A stretch of DNA of 64,000 nt from an uncultured Chromatiales bacterium (lineage in GTDB: Bacteria > Bacteroidota > Ignavibacteria > SZUA-365 > CAYQST01), in the NCBI GenBank assembly GCA_964449305.1, contig CAYUYM010000004.1, positions 2,305-66,304 of the forward strand. The letters are read 5' to 3'. Positions 1 to 11,744 of this stretch are shown here, one piece after another. The notes beneath the pieces are model-generated. The model made no database searches. It was not told the origin of the DNA and saw only the letters and a list, made by a program, of their open reading frames with translations. Numbering within the stretch: position 1 is the stretch's first letter; every line of letters begins with the position of its first letter. Both the position numbers and the translations under genes were made by a program.

Positions 1-288
1 GGAGCCAGATTCTGCTCTTGTGCCAAGTCCCGAGTCCGGCACCATTGTCGATGATACAATCCTGGTGATGGCAGATGCACAAGGTCCCCTTCTTGGTGGC
101 TACTCAATCACAACTGGCAGGATGATGTTTCTGGAGCGCATACATGAACCGATGCTTCACAATCTTCTGCGTCCGGATTGAGATGGTAAGCAAACCCGAG
201 CCGATCTCTGGCGCCTGATTTCCGTGCGTCTTGTTGGCTTCAACCATCACCTCTCCCGCATCCGGGAGCAGGCACCGGGGACCTCATC

Positions 289-2817
289 TCACGAAATGCT
301 CGCCATTGATTTCAACCCTCCGCCCTCAACCTTCACCACCACGGCCGTCATGTCGTCGTGCTGTTGTGCCCTGCCGGCGAAGGCGCGCGTTGCATCCACC
401 ATGGCCTGCGCGATGGCGGACGACGGCTGCGTGGCGTGGCGCACAATGACGTCCTTCAACCGCTCCTCGCCAAACTCCTCACGGCTCCGCGTCATGGTCT
501 CCGAAAAGCCGTCCGTGTAGAACACGAACACGTCCCCCTGCTTGAACGGAAGCACGACATCCTGAATGATTGCACCGAAGGAGTTGCCGCGTTCCATGCC
601 CATGGCGAGTCCGGGCGACTGGATGGCTTGGACGGCGCCTTCTGCCGGCACGATCAGAAGCGGGTTGTGCCCCGCGCGTGCGACGGTCATGCGGTGTTCA
701 CGCACATCGATCACCGCCACCATCATGGTGATGAAATGCCCCGGTTCCACATTCTCGCAGAAGAGGGCATTCATGCCTGTCAACACCTCGGCTGGTGAGG
801 TCAGGTCCTTGACCAGCGCCCGGAGGAAGCCCTTGGCCAGTGTCATGTAGAATGCCGCCTGCGTGCCCTTGCCGGAGACATCCCCGATGGCGATGACCAG
901 GTGATCCTGTCCCAGCTCGATGAAGTCGTAGTAGTCGCCGCCCACCTCGAGCGCGGGGATGCAGCACGAGGCGATGTCCAGGCCGGGGATGCGGGGATCG
1001 GACTTGGGGAGAAAGCTCATCTGCACTTCGCGGGCCACCTCCAGCTCGCGCTGGAGCCGCATCCGTTCGGAGATGTGCGCGGCGAAGGATGGAGCGATGC
1101 TGTTCTGATCGGCGACTGCATCCGATGTGCATTTCGCGATGCAGCCGAAGACCAGCATCGCGGCCGGGAGAAGCATGAGCACCCAGGCGTCGACCGACAG
1201 CATTGCATCGCCGGTGGCGGTCAGCGCCGGGGCGTAGGGCATCAGGGCGAAGAAGATCATCGCAAGAAACGCGGTGACGACATCAGTGGCGCGGAAGAGC
1301 AGGGCGAAGCCCATCCCCGTGACCATGTCGATGAGGAAGCCCAGCGCGAACGGTTGCACGCCGGACTTGACCACGGCGGCCCAGGCGATGCCCGCGATCA
1401 GGGACGGCAGCAGCGCACCGCGGAACCGGCGGCCCACAAGGGCGGGCAGGAGGCACACGACGGCCGCGAGCGCGAAGGCCCTCCCCGGCACCACCTGCGC
1501 CACCATCAGGGCGAGCGGATCGAAGGCGCCGCTCAACATCTGGATGGACTCGCCGACCGGTGTCTGGATGAGTGACAGCGAGGTGCCAGCGAGGGCCACG
1601 ACAGCACTCCAGAGGGCGAACATCGCCACACCCGCGGTGGGGCCGATCATGAGGGCGCTTCCAACACGGGAATGGAGCACGTGACCGTGCGTGATGAGAT
1701 CGAGACTGTAGTACTTTTCCATCCATGCCTCGCGTCCCACGGCCTCACTCACCGCCCACACCAGCATGAAGCCTCCGCCGATCACCGCGAACACGGCGAC
1801 GAAGGACAGCAGGAGCTGCCATCCGAGGGCATCCTCCAGCACGAGAAGCACATTCGCTGCGAAGAGGGCGCCGACCGCGAGGCCGAACACCGTCGCCTTC
1901 TTCCAGCCGATCTCGTAGGCACGGATCTTCCGAATGCCCATGATGACGAGAAGCACCGCGATGCCGATGTTGACGAGCAGGGCAAGGATTTCCACGGGGA
2001 GGGACTGTTGTGCTGTATCGCCCGTCTGGGTGCTGCGAAAGGCAAAGGAGTAGGACGCAATGGCATTGCCCGAGATGCGCATCGTCACATCCACGGAATC
2101 CGTCAGCGTCTGCGACACCGTGCTCCATGTGAAGTTGTAGGAGATGGATGCGGGGAGTTTGTCGATGTTCTCGCCCGTGAAGCGCAGTCGGCCCACGATC
2201 GCCTCGAACTCCTTCACCGAATTCACCGTCGGCCGCTCGCGCAGAACCGTGTCACGCACCACGGCATTGACGGGCCCATGCTCCAGCAGGAAGGCCACGG
2301 CGCGCTCGTAGGCAGCCTCAGGCGTGAGCGGCGTCGCGACGGAGGAGTCCACGCTCTGCATCTCGAGCCCGAGAAGACGCCCGGACAGGTCGAAGGACAT
2401 CGACATCACGCCCTTCTTCATGATCTCCGCGCGATCACTGCCCCCGACATTGACCACTGTTGTCTCCTTTGCATCCTGCAGCAGTTGCACCACCCAGTAG
2501 TAGACCGGCAGGCCGGCGCGTGCGAGACGGCTGGCCTCGGCGGCGCCGTACTCGGATTGCGCACGCGCCAGCAGGTTGCGGTCGCATTGCAGGGTGATGA
2601 CGAACCTGCAGTGCGCGGGATCGATGCCCTGCAGCGTCGCCAGGTGGGCGGCACGCTGTTCGATGGTGCTGCGGTCGGTGGTGAAGCGGATTCCCTCGAG
2701 CGGGTTGACCCGGGGGGAGAGCTGCTGGATGAGCATGAAAGAGACCGCAAGCACGATCAACAGCAGGAGAGCAATGAGGACAGGCTTGGAGGAAGGATTC
2801 ATTCCCCAAAAAAGCAT
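289..2817 (-). CDS. Membrane-integral sensor Ser/Thr phosphatase, PP2C/SpoIIE family (N-terminal extracytoplasmic domain, multi-TM region, C-terminal PP2C)
   Basis: 842-aa ORF. The C-terminal 250 aa carry PP2C/SpoIIE signatures (GGDYYDF, IGDVSGKG, YTDGF). A cluster of ~8 hydrophobic helices lies in the middle and a ~260-aa N-terminal domain follows one TM helix, an architecture like 7TM-DISM receptors. Codon bias is consistent; the antisense ORFs across it are R/G/H-rich and typical of spurious frames. Confidence 0.85.
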   Translation of the reverse strand: MLFWGMNPSSKPVLIALLLLIVLAVSFMLIQQLSPRVNPLEGIRFTTDRSTIEQRAAHLATLQGIDPAHCRFVITLQCDRNLLARAQSEYGAAEASRLARAGLPVYYWVVQLLQDAKETTVVNVGGSDRAEIMKKGVMSMSFDLSGRLLGLEMQSVDSSVATPLTPEAAYERAVAFLLEHGPVNAVVRDTVLRERPTVNSVKEFEAIVGRLRFTGENIDKLPASISYNFTWSTVSQTLTDSVDVTMRISGNAIASYSFAFRSTQTGDTAQQSLPVEILALLVNIGIAVLLVIMGIRKIRAYEIGWKKATVFGLAVGALFAANVLLVLEDALGWQLLLSFVAVFAVIGGGFMLVWAVSEAVGREAWMEKYYSLDLITHGHVLHSRVGSALMIGPTAGVAMFALWSAVVALAGTSLSLIQTPVGESIQMLSGAFDPLALMVAQVVPGRAFALAAVVCLLPALVGRRFRGALLPSLIAGIAWAAVVKSGVQPFALGFLIDMVTGMGFALLFRATDVVTAFLAMIFFALMPYAPALTATGDAMLSVDAWVLMLLPAAMLVFGCIAKCTSDAVADQNSIAPSFAAHISERMRLQRELEVAREVQMSFLPKSDPRIPGLDIASCCIPALEVGGDYYDFIELGQDHLVIAIGDVSGKGTQAAFYMTLAKGFLRALVKDLTSPAEVLTGMNALFCENVEPGHFITMMVAVIDVREHRMTVARAGHNPLLIVPAEGAVQAIQSPGLAMGMERGNSFGAIIQDVVLPFKQGDVFVFYTDGFSETMTRSREEFGEERLKDVIVRHATQPSSAIAQAMVDATRAFAGRAQQHDDMTAVVVKVEGGGLKSMASIS

Positions 2818-2959
2818 ATTTCCGACGAAAATGAAATGGAATTTCGCGTACCGCCGTCCACGAAAAAACGGGAGGCGTGATGATGCACGCCTCCCGTGAA
2901 TGTGGCCGTCTGGTGATCACCCGCGGTCCGATGCCGCATGGTTCACCGGATGCCTCCGA

Positions 2960-4585
2960 TCACTGCATGAACGGGTAGCGCCAGTCCTTCGGTGGAACGG
3001 TGGTCTCCTTGATGGAGCGGACCGAGATCCAGCGGAGGAGGTTCATCGCGCTGCCGGCCTTGTCGTTCGTGCCCGAGGAGCGCGCGCCGCCGAAGGGCTG
3101 CTGCCCCACGACCGCACCCGTCGGCTTGTCGTTGATGTAGAAGTTGCCTGCGGCGTTGCGCAGCCTGTCCGACACCTTCACCACCACCTGGCGATCCTGC
3201 GCCCACACGGCGCCGGTGAGGGCGTAGGGCGAGGTGGTGTCGCAGAGCATCAGAGCTTCGTCGAACCGCTCGTCCTCATACACCCATATCGTGAGCACCG
3301 GTCCGAAGATCTCCTCCTCCATCGTCTTGAAATGCGGGTTGGTGGTGACGATGGTGGTGGGCTCGATGAACCAGCCCTTGGACGAATCGTAGCCGCCGCC
3401 CGTGAGGATCTCCGCGTCGGGCGCCTGCTTTGCATGCTCGATATAGGCGGTGATGTCGGTGAAGGCGCCCTTGTCGATCACGGCAGTCATGAAGTTCGTG
3501 AAGTCCTCCGGATCACCGACCGTGATCTTGGAGACCTCGGTGACGTACTTGTCGCGGAACTCCGGCCAGATGGAGCGCGGGATGTACATGCGCGATGCAG
3601 CCGAACATTTCTGCCCCTGATACTCGAAGGCTCCACGGAGGGCGGCGACGACGAGCGCATCGACATCGGCGCTGGCATGGGCAAAGATGAAGTCCTTCCC
3701 GCCGGTCTCGCCCACGATGCGCGGATAGTACTTGTAGTTGCCGGTGTTGGCGCCGATGGTCTTCCACATGTTGTTGAACACGCCGGTGGATCCGGTGAAG
3801 TGGAGGCCGGCGAAGTTCGGATTGTCGAGCACGGGGCCGCCCACCTCCCCGCCGGAGCCGGGAAGAAAGTTGATGACGCCGTCGGGCATGCCGGCTTCCT
3901 GGAGGATTTTCATGATCCACCAGGCCGACAGCACAGCGCTCGACGCCGGTTTCCACAGGGCCACGCCGCCGGGGATGGTGGGGGCGGTGGGCAGGTTGCC
4001 GGCGATGGAGGTGAAGTTGAACGGGGTGACGGCGAAGACGAAGCCCTCAAGCGGGCGGTATTCGACGCGGTTCCACGTGCCCGCGGGCGAGATCGGCTGA
4101 TCCTCCATGAGCTGCGTCATGTAGTACACATTGAAGCGCCAGAAATCGATGAGCTCGCAGGCGGCGTCGATCTCGGACTGGTAGGCCGTCTTCGATTGTC
4201 CAAGCATCGTGGCGGCGTTCATGGTGGCACGATGGGGACCGGCGAGCAGATCCGCGGCCTTGAGAAACACGGCCACGCGGTGTTCCCACGGCATGGTGGA
4301 CCACTCCCTGTGGGCCTTCATTGAGGCCTCCACCGCCATCGCCACCTCTCCGCTCCCAGCCTTGTGGTAGGCGCCGAGCTTGAGCTCGTGGTTGTGCGGG
4401 GCACGGATTTCGGCCAGTCTGCCGGTGCGGATCTCCCTCCCTCCGATGATGAGTGGGATCTCCACCTCCTCCGTCTTCATCCTCGTCATCGCGGTGATGA
4501 CCTCCGCCCGCTCGGGACTGCCCGGCATGTAGGATTTGACAGGCTCGTTGGCCGGCAGGGGAAGGTTGAAGAATGCATTCGACAT
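2960..4585 (-). CDS. pruA: 1-pyrroline-5-carboxylate (L-glutamate gamma-semialdehyde) dehydrogenase, aldehyde dehydrogenase superfamily
   Basis: Full-length match to the RocA/PruA-type P5CDH family by sequence memory. ALDH motifs are present (FTGSTGVF, EYQGQKCSAAS catalytic Cys, ETGGKD). Start placed at internal Met MSNAFFNL (ORF-track start 4651 would add 22 aa). Confidence 0.88.
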   Translation of the reverse strand: MSNAFFNLPLPANEPVKSYMPGSPERAEVITAMTRMKTEEVEIPLIIGGREIRTGRLAEIRAPHNHELKLGAYHKAGSGEVAMAVEASMKAHREWSTMPWEHRVAVFLKAADLLAGPHRATMNAATMLGQSKTAYQSEIDAACELIDFWRFNVYYMTQLMEDQPISPAGTWNRVEYRPLEGFVFAVTPFNFTSIAGNLPTAPTIPGGVALWKPASSAVLSAWWIMKILQEAGMPDGVINFLPGSGGEVGGPVLDNPNFAGLHFTGSTGVFNNMWKTIGANTGNYKYYPRIVGETGGKDFIFAHASADVDALVVAALRGAFEYQGQKCSAASRMYIPRSIWPEFRDKYVTEVSKITVGDPEDFTNFMTAVIDKGAFTDITAYIEHAKQAPDAEILTGGGYDSSKGWFIEPTTIVTTNPHFKTMEEEIFGPVLTIWVYEDERFDEALMLCDTTSPYALTGAVWAQDRQVVVKVSDRLRNAAGNFYINDKPTGAVVGQQPFGGARSSGTNDKAGSAMNLLRWISVRSIKETTVPPKDWRYPFMQ

Positions 4586-4802
4586 GATGATTTCACCTTT
4601 CATGAATTGAAAAACAGTCTTCAAAACTACACGATGGAACATTGTCGGCAAAACACCCGATTTGTGCCTTGGATCGATGAAAGTGCTCCCACGGAATCAT
4701 TCCACGAATTTCGGCATCTTATCTGTCGGTGGTCGGACCAACACCGCCGCACGACAACGACGTGGAACATTCATCACCTTTCTCACTTCATACGAGCACA
4801 CC

Positions 4803-5198
4803 ATGGACATGAAAATCACCTTTCCGGGCAACAAGAGGGTCGCAGCGGACTACCACGGCTTTTCGATCCTGACCGATCAACCTCTTCAGGGTGGCGGGGA
4901 CAACTCCGCTCCCGCCCCCTTCGATCTCTTCCTCGCATCGCTCGGCACTTGCGCCGGCAGCTACGTTCTCGGCTTCTGCCAGCAGCGCGGTCTGCCCACC
5001 GAGGGCATCGAGCTCATCCAGCGGCACGAATACAACATGGAGAAGCGCATGATCGGCAGGATCAGCATCGACATCGTGGTTCCCCCCGAATTCCCCGAAA
5101 AATACCGCGAGGCGCTTGTGCACACCGCCTCCCTCTGCGCCGTCAAGAAGCACATCCAGGATCCTCCCGAGTTCGAGATCACCACCGTGGTGAGATGA
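4803..5198 (+). CDS. OsmC/Ohr-family peroxiredoxin-like protein
   Basis: 131 aa from the MDMKITF start. OsmC family features: two conserved Cys (LGTCAG ... SLCAV) at the expected spacing. The ORF-track start at 4662 is probably a 5' over-extension. Confidence 0.75.
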   Translation: MDMKITFPGNKRVAADYHGFSILTDQPLQGGGDNSAPAPFDLFLASLGTCAGSYVLGFCQQRGLPTEGIELIQRHEYNMEKRMIGRISIDIVVPPEFPEKYREALVHTASLCAVKKHIQDPPEFEITTVVR

Positions 5199-5359
5199 TA
5201 CTGCTGCAATTCATGCATCAATGACCAACGTCGACGGCCGGGTGATCCGGCCGTTGGTGCATCTGTTCTGGTTGTGATGTTGTGATGGGGGTTTCCTATA
5301 TTCGTGCAGGCATTGCCCGCAGTGCCCAGCACCTTTTTCCGTACGTTCAAGGAACATTT

Positions 5360-6433
5360 ATGGAACCCATTTCGATCACGAAGGCCGAAGGGACGCGCAT
5401 CACGGATGTCGATTGGAACAATCTGGGATTCGGCGTCTATTTCAGCGACCATGTGTTTATTGCCGATCATGTGAACGGCGCCTGGGGCGATCTGCGCATC
5501 GTGCCCTACGGCCCGATGCCTGTCAATCCCGGCATGTGCACGCTGCATTATGGGCAGACCATCTTCGAGGGATTGAAGGCGTTTCGCGCTGTGGACGGGA
5601 CGGTCAACGTCTTCCGTCCCCAGAAGAACGCCGCCCGGCTCAACCACTCCGGCAGCCTCGTCTGCATTCCGGAGATCGATCCTGAAATTGTCATGGAGGG
5701 GATCCGCCAGCTCGTGAAAATCGATCAGGCATGGATCCCGACCAAGCGTGGTCATTCGCTGTACATCCGTCCCGTGGTTTATGGTTCCAATGATTTTCTC
5801 GGCGTCCATGCTGCAGCCACCTATCGCCTCATCATCATGACGTCGCCGGTGGCCTCGTACTACGCGGAGGGGCTCAACCCTGTGCGCATCATGGTATCGA
5901 CCGAATGGGTGCGCGCGGTGAAGGGCGGACTGGGATCGGCGAAGACGGCAGCAAACTATGCCGCAAGTCTGTATGGTGCCAAGAAAGCGAAGGAGGCCGG
6001 CTTCTCCCAGGTGCTCTGGCTCGACGGCGTGTCCCGCGAATTCGTGGACGAGGTGGGTGCCATGAACATCATGTTTGTGATCGGTGATGAGCTGGTGACG
6101 CCGTCGCTGGAGAACGGCACCATCCTCGCCGGAATCACGCGCGACTCTGTGCTGCAACTGGCCCGCTCGTGGGGCATGACCGCAACGGAGCGTGGTGTCA
6201 CCATCGACGAGATTCGTCGTGCCCATGCCGCTGGCACACTGAAGGAGGTGTTCGGCACCGGCACGGCCGCGGTGATCAGCCCGGTGGGCGAGCTCGTCTA
6301 CAAGGGCGAATCGATGCTCATCAACGGCGGGCAGATCGGTCCCGTTGCGCAGAAGTTCTATGACACCATCACGGGCATCCAGTATGGCGAGGTGGAGGAT
6401 GCGCACAAATGGAACATGAAGATCGAGCTCTGA
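5360..6433 (+). CDS. ilvE: Branched-chain amino acid aminotransferase (class IV PLP enzyme)
   Basis: 357 aa. Strong family resemblance to IlvE, including the ExGxxNxF-type PLP region (EVGAMNIMFV) and TGTAA near the C-terminus. Start at MEPISI. Confidence 0.9.
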   Translation: MEPISITKAEGTRITDVDWNNLGFGVYFSDHVFIADHVNGAWGDLRIVPYGPMPVNPGMCTLHYGQTIFEGLKAFRAVDGTVNVFRPQKNAARLNHSGSLVCIPEIDPEIVMEGIRQLVKIDQAWIPTKRGHSLYIRPVVYGSNDFLGVHAAATYRLIIMTSPVASYYAEGLNPVRIMVSTEWVRAVKGGLGSAKTAANYAASLYGAKKAKEAGFSQVLWLDGVSREFVDEVGAMNIMFVIGDELVTPSLENGTILAGITRDSVLQLARSWGMTATERGVTIDEIRRAHAAGTLKEVFGTGTAAVISPVGELVYKGESMLINGGQIGPVAQKFYDTITGIQYGEVEDAHKWNMKIEL

Positions 6434-6456
6434 GCCTGCAACCGTGAGGTGAAATG

Positions 6457-6493
6457 AAAACGGGGCGCCCATGTGGCGCCCCGTTTTTCTTTC
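6457..6493. terminator. Bidirectional rho-independent terminator between convergent ilvE and the membrane-protein gene
   Basis: Perfect 10-bp GC-rich stem ACGGGGCGCC/GGCGCCCCGT with a 5-nt loop, followed by TTTTTCTTT. The complementary strand also has an A/T run after the stem. Confidence 0.85.
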
Positions 6494-6510
6494 CACACCC
6501 TTCCGCCACC

Positions 6511-7371
6511 TCAGCGGATCACTGTTGCGACAGGCCTGGGCTGGTCGAGCTCCTCGTACTTCAACTCGGAACCGAACATGCTGTGCGGTATCAGGTAGGT
6601 GGCCAGCGTGATCACGAGCGATGCGAGGATCACCCACTTCGCATAGCCCGTCGGAGACGCATCCTTGAATCGGCGGTTGGCGAACCATGCCACCAGCCAC
6701 ACGATCACCATGACGATGGTCTTGTTGTCCGTGAGGTCGCCGCCGAAGGGCCAGCCCGTCCAGTAGGCCCCGAAGGAGTACTTCTGGACGATGGGCCCGA
6801 AGATCAGTCCGCCGATGGCGAGAAGGATCGTTGTCCACAGCACATGCGTGTACGGCCGCGGATCCTTGCGGAAGATCTCGAGACCGGCACGGACGCCGAA
6901 CATCATGCCGATGAACATGATGGCGACGTGCGGGATGAGGATCCATGCCGGCACGGAATCTCGTGAACGAGTGACGATGCTTCCCGACTCCGGAAGCCGT
7001 GCCGGGGTGCCCTTCACATCAAGCTCCACATGGTACTCGAGCTTGCCCGCCGCAGGCTGGTGCGGAAGCATCACCACCAGCTTTTCCCCGCTGCGCACAA
7101 AGGGGATGGCGGTGAGCGTGTCGCTGGTCTTGTAGCGCTTGTACAACAGGCGCCCCGTCACGCCGGGATCCGCGACGGTGATGGGGACCTCCTGTTCGTA
7201 TTCCCCCTCACTCGAACGCGTCAGCGTGTAGGCGATTTCCGTGCCCTGGATGGTGACCTTCCCCGACACGGGGTGGGTGGGCCCCGTCATGCGCTGGTAC
7301 ACGGCGGCTGCCACCATGATCACAAAGGCGAGCACCCAGAAAAGCAGGGATTGTATGCGGAAGTTCTTCAT
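6511..7371 (-). CDS. Hypothetical multi-pass membrane protein (N-terminal TM, ~120-aa extracytoplasmic beta-rich domain, 4-5 C-terminal TM helices)
   Basis: 286-aa ORF from MKNFRIQSLL (signal/TM). The hydrophobic helices have a coding-like composition. No family recognised. Confidence 0.6.
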   Translation of the reverse strand: MKNFRIQSLLFWVLAFVIMVAAAVYQRMTGPTHPVSGKVTIQGTEIAYTLTRSSEGEYEQEVPITVADPGVTGRLLYKRYKTSDTLTAIPFVRSGEKLVVMLPHQPAAGKLEYHVELDVKGTPARLPESGSIVTRSRDSVPAWILIPHVAIMFIGMMFGVRAGLEIFRKDPRPYTHVLWTTILLAIGGLIFGPIVQKYSFGAYWTGWPFGGDLTDNKTIVMVIVWLVAWFANRRFKDASPTGYAKWVILASLVITLATYLIPHSMFGSELKYEELDQPRPVATVIR

Positions 7372-7543
7372 TGCCGGAGGTCCTTTCGTGGATGAGTTGA
7401 CACCAAATATGATGGACCTGCTCCGATTATCCAAGAATTGTGTCGGATGACGTCCATGAAAAGGATGTGGAATGTCGCCATGTCCCGTTGTTCACCGGTC
7501 GGTGTCCGCCCCATCACTCACGACGTCTGTGCGTCTCGTCGAC

Positions 7544-9748
<2,205 letters not shown>

Positions 9749-9920
9749 ATCACGTTTTTCCGGGATTCCCCCATCTCGTATCTTGCCTTCTGGTGGGGGA
9801 ACCTCGCGCTCACATGACGGCATCGCGCATTGACCGACCAGCGACAGTTCCCGCATCATGGGGTGAAGACCGCATGAACGCGCTGCCAACGATGAGCACC
9901 CGCAGAGAGGGGAGGCTACC

Positions 9921-10271
9921 ATGAAATACTTCGAAATCTATCGTTCCGCTGGAAAACCCCTGGCGGCCTGCAAGATCGGGTGGAGCTGGCCGGGGTTTGC
10001 GTTCACCGTTGTCTGGGCGCTGATCAACAGGCACTTCGTGATGCTTGGTCTCGGGCTCGTGACCGCCGTGATGGTGTACCCGCTGCACACCTATGGCTAC
10101 GTGATGTGGGCAATGGCCATGATGGCCCTGTTCGGCCTTGAAGCGAATCATCTGAAGCGCCGGCAGCTTCTCAACAGCGGATACATCCATGTGGCTACCA
10201 TCGGTGCGAAGAGCCCGGACGAGGCGATCGTGAGATTCCAGTCGAGTGCCGATGCCGGCGAGAATGATTGA
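9921..10271 (+). CDS. Small two-TM membrane protein (DUF2628-like)
   Basis: 116 aa. A GGAGG ribosome-binding site lies 6 nt upstream and two hydrophobic helices are present. Weak resemblance to DUF2628. Confidence 0.55.
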   Translation: MKYFEIYRSAGKPLAACKIGWSWPGFAFTVVWALINRHFVMLGLGLVTAVMVYPLHTYGYVMWAMAMMALFGLEANHLKRRQLLNSGYIHVATIGAKSPDEAIVRFQSSADAGEND

Positions 10272-10403
10272 CGCAGTGTCCAGCGTCCCTGCGGCGGGGG
10301 ACGTGGGGGGCTGACGGCGGATTGTCATTTCTCCCGGTAATTTGATACATTTTCAGACTGATCCGGTGCACAACCGGATGCCCGCCACGATCTGACAGGA
10401 AGT

Positions 10404-11588
10404 ATGATTTTTTCCGCTGTCTCCTTTCTCCTTGTCCTGTTGACCATGCCGCTGTTCATCACCCTGGCGGAGGCCTTCACGCTGTATGACATTCCGGACA
10501 AGTACCGCAAGACGCACCAGCGGAAGATCCCCTTCACCGGCGGGTTCAGCATCATCGCCTCCTGTCTTCTTGCCATTGTCGCGTTGTTCATCTTCTCCGA
10601 CGAGACGTTTCGATCCTACCAGATCAAACCAGACTTCTCCCTCTACCTGTACTTTGCCGAGGCAACGTTCGTCGTGGTGATTCTTGGAGTGATCGACGAC
10701 ATGCGCGACCTGGCGTACACCACGAAGTTCCTGTACCAGTTCATCGCGGCCTTTCTTGTGATCCTCGGCGCCATCAACTCCTCTCTTCTTCCCCTGCCCT
10801 CCGATGCAGGTGGCACAAGTGTTTTGACGAGTTCGGCCACCGTCATCATCTCCATCCTGTGGTTTGTGGGGATGACGAATGCTGTGAACATGATCGACGG
10901 GATGGATGGGCTGGCCGGTGGAACGACGCTTCTCTCCGCCATCTCGCTCGGTGTGCTCGCATTGATGTGGGGCAACCCCACGCTTCCGACCATCCTGTTC
11001 ATCATCGCCGGTGCGCTGCTCGGGTTCCTTCTCTTCAACTTCCACCCGGCGCGCGTCTTCATGGGGAACACGGGGAGCATGGTGATCGGCTTCGCGATCA
11101 GTGTGTGTTCGTGGGTGCTGCTCGATTCCGGTCCCGACAAATCCACCACGATGTTCGTCCCCCTTGTGATACTCGGGCTTCCGCTCACCGACACACTGCT
11201 GGCGTTTTTCCGGCGCCTCATCAAGGGGAAGAACCCCTTCAGTGCGGACATGTTCCACATCCATCACATGCTGAAGTTCCGCTTCAACCTGTCGCACCGC
11301 GCCACCGTGCTTGTGCTGTACGCGATCAGCGCCATCCTCGGGGGTGCGGGCATCCTCATCGCCTCCATCCCCGCAGGTCCCGGATGGGCGGTGATCATCG
11401 CCCTGCTGGGTGGCATGGGGTTGTTCCTTCACAAGCTTGGCTACACCAACCTGCTTGCATCCGACAAGCAGGAGATGCCCGCCGCTGATGCGGTGCCCCC
11501 GGGGCGCAACGGCAAGGGGCATCACCTCCCACACATTTCCCCCAATGGGAACGGGGTCAAGAAGCGGCAGCACGCAGGACGCGCCTGA
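10404..11588 (+). CDS. Polyprenyl-phosphate N-acetylhexosamine-1-phosphate transferase, WecA/MraY (GT4) family
   Basis: Ten or more TM helices. MraY/WecA motifs are present: DDxxD-like VIDDMRD, NAVNMIDGMDGLAGG, and FMGNTGSM (the equivalent of the HHH region). Confidence 0.85.
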   Translation: MIFSAVSFLLVLLTMPLFITLAEAFTLYDIPDKYRKTHQRKIPFTGGFSIIASCLLAIVALFIFSDETFRSYQIKPDFSLYLYFAEATFVVVILGVIDDMRDLAYTTKFLYQFIAAFLVILGAINSSLLPLPSDAGGTSVLTSSATVIISILWFVGMTNAVNMIDGMDGLAGGTTLLSAISLGVLALMWGNPTLPTILFIIAGALLGFLLFNFHPARVFMGNTGSMVIGFAISVCSWVLLDSGPDKSTTMFVPLVILGLPLTDTLLAFFRRLIKGKNPFSADMFHIHHMLKFRFNLSHRATVLVLYAISAILGGAGILIASIPAGPGWAVIIALLGGMGLFLHKLGYTNLLASDKQEMPAADAVPPGRNGKGHHLPHISPNGNGVKKRQHAGRA

Positions 11589-11744
11589 CCGTTTCCTCCC
11601 GACCGGAGTGCCGGTGCTGCCGCAGGCAGCGCCGCGTCTGATCGCAAGGCATCAGACACATGAATGCACGCTGTGCAACCAGACCGTCCCGATCCCGTAT
11701 CCCGATTCGTTTCATCCAGCCCCGCCACATTCCGCATCAGCATC

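Noticed and set aside
1-288. Lower-GC stretch at the window start with a ~47-aa minus-strand ORF
   Set aside because: Too short and without a recognisable family. It is probably intergenic or promoter/terminator DNA of the neighbouring gene beyond the window edge.
4961-6946. 661-aa antisense ORF spanning ilvE, and many similar long ORFs (1672-2880+, 2900-4324+, 10353-11573-, 13350-14876-, 14786-16108-, 28891-30546-, 36707-38164-, 42293-44224-, 44390-45763-, 59076-60932+, 59692-61008-)
   Set aside because: These are typical high-GC antisense artefacts: R/G/H/D-rich, no motifs, and they overlap ORFs with clear family signatures and proper signal peptides and Shine-Dalgarno sites on the other strand.
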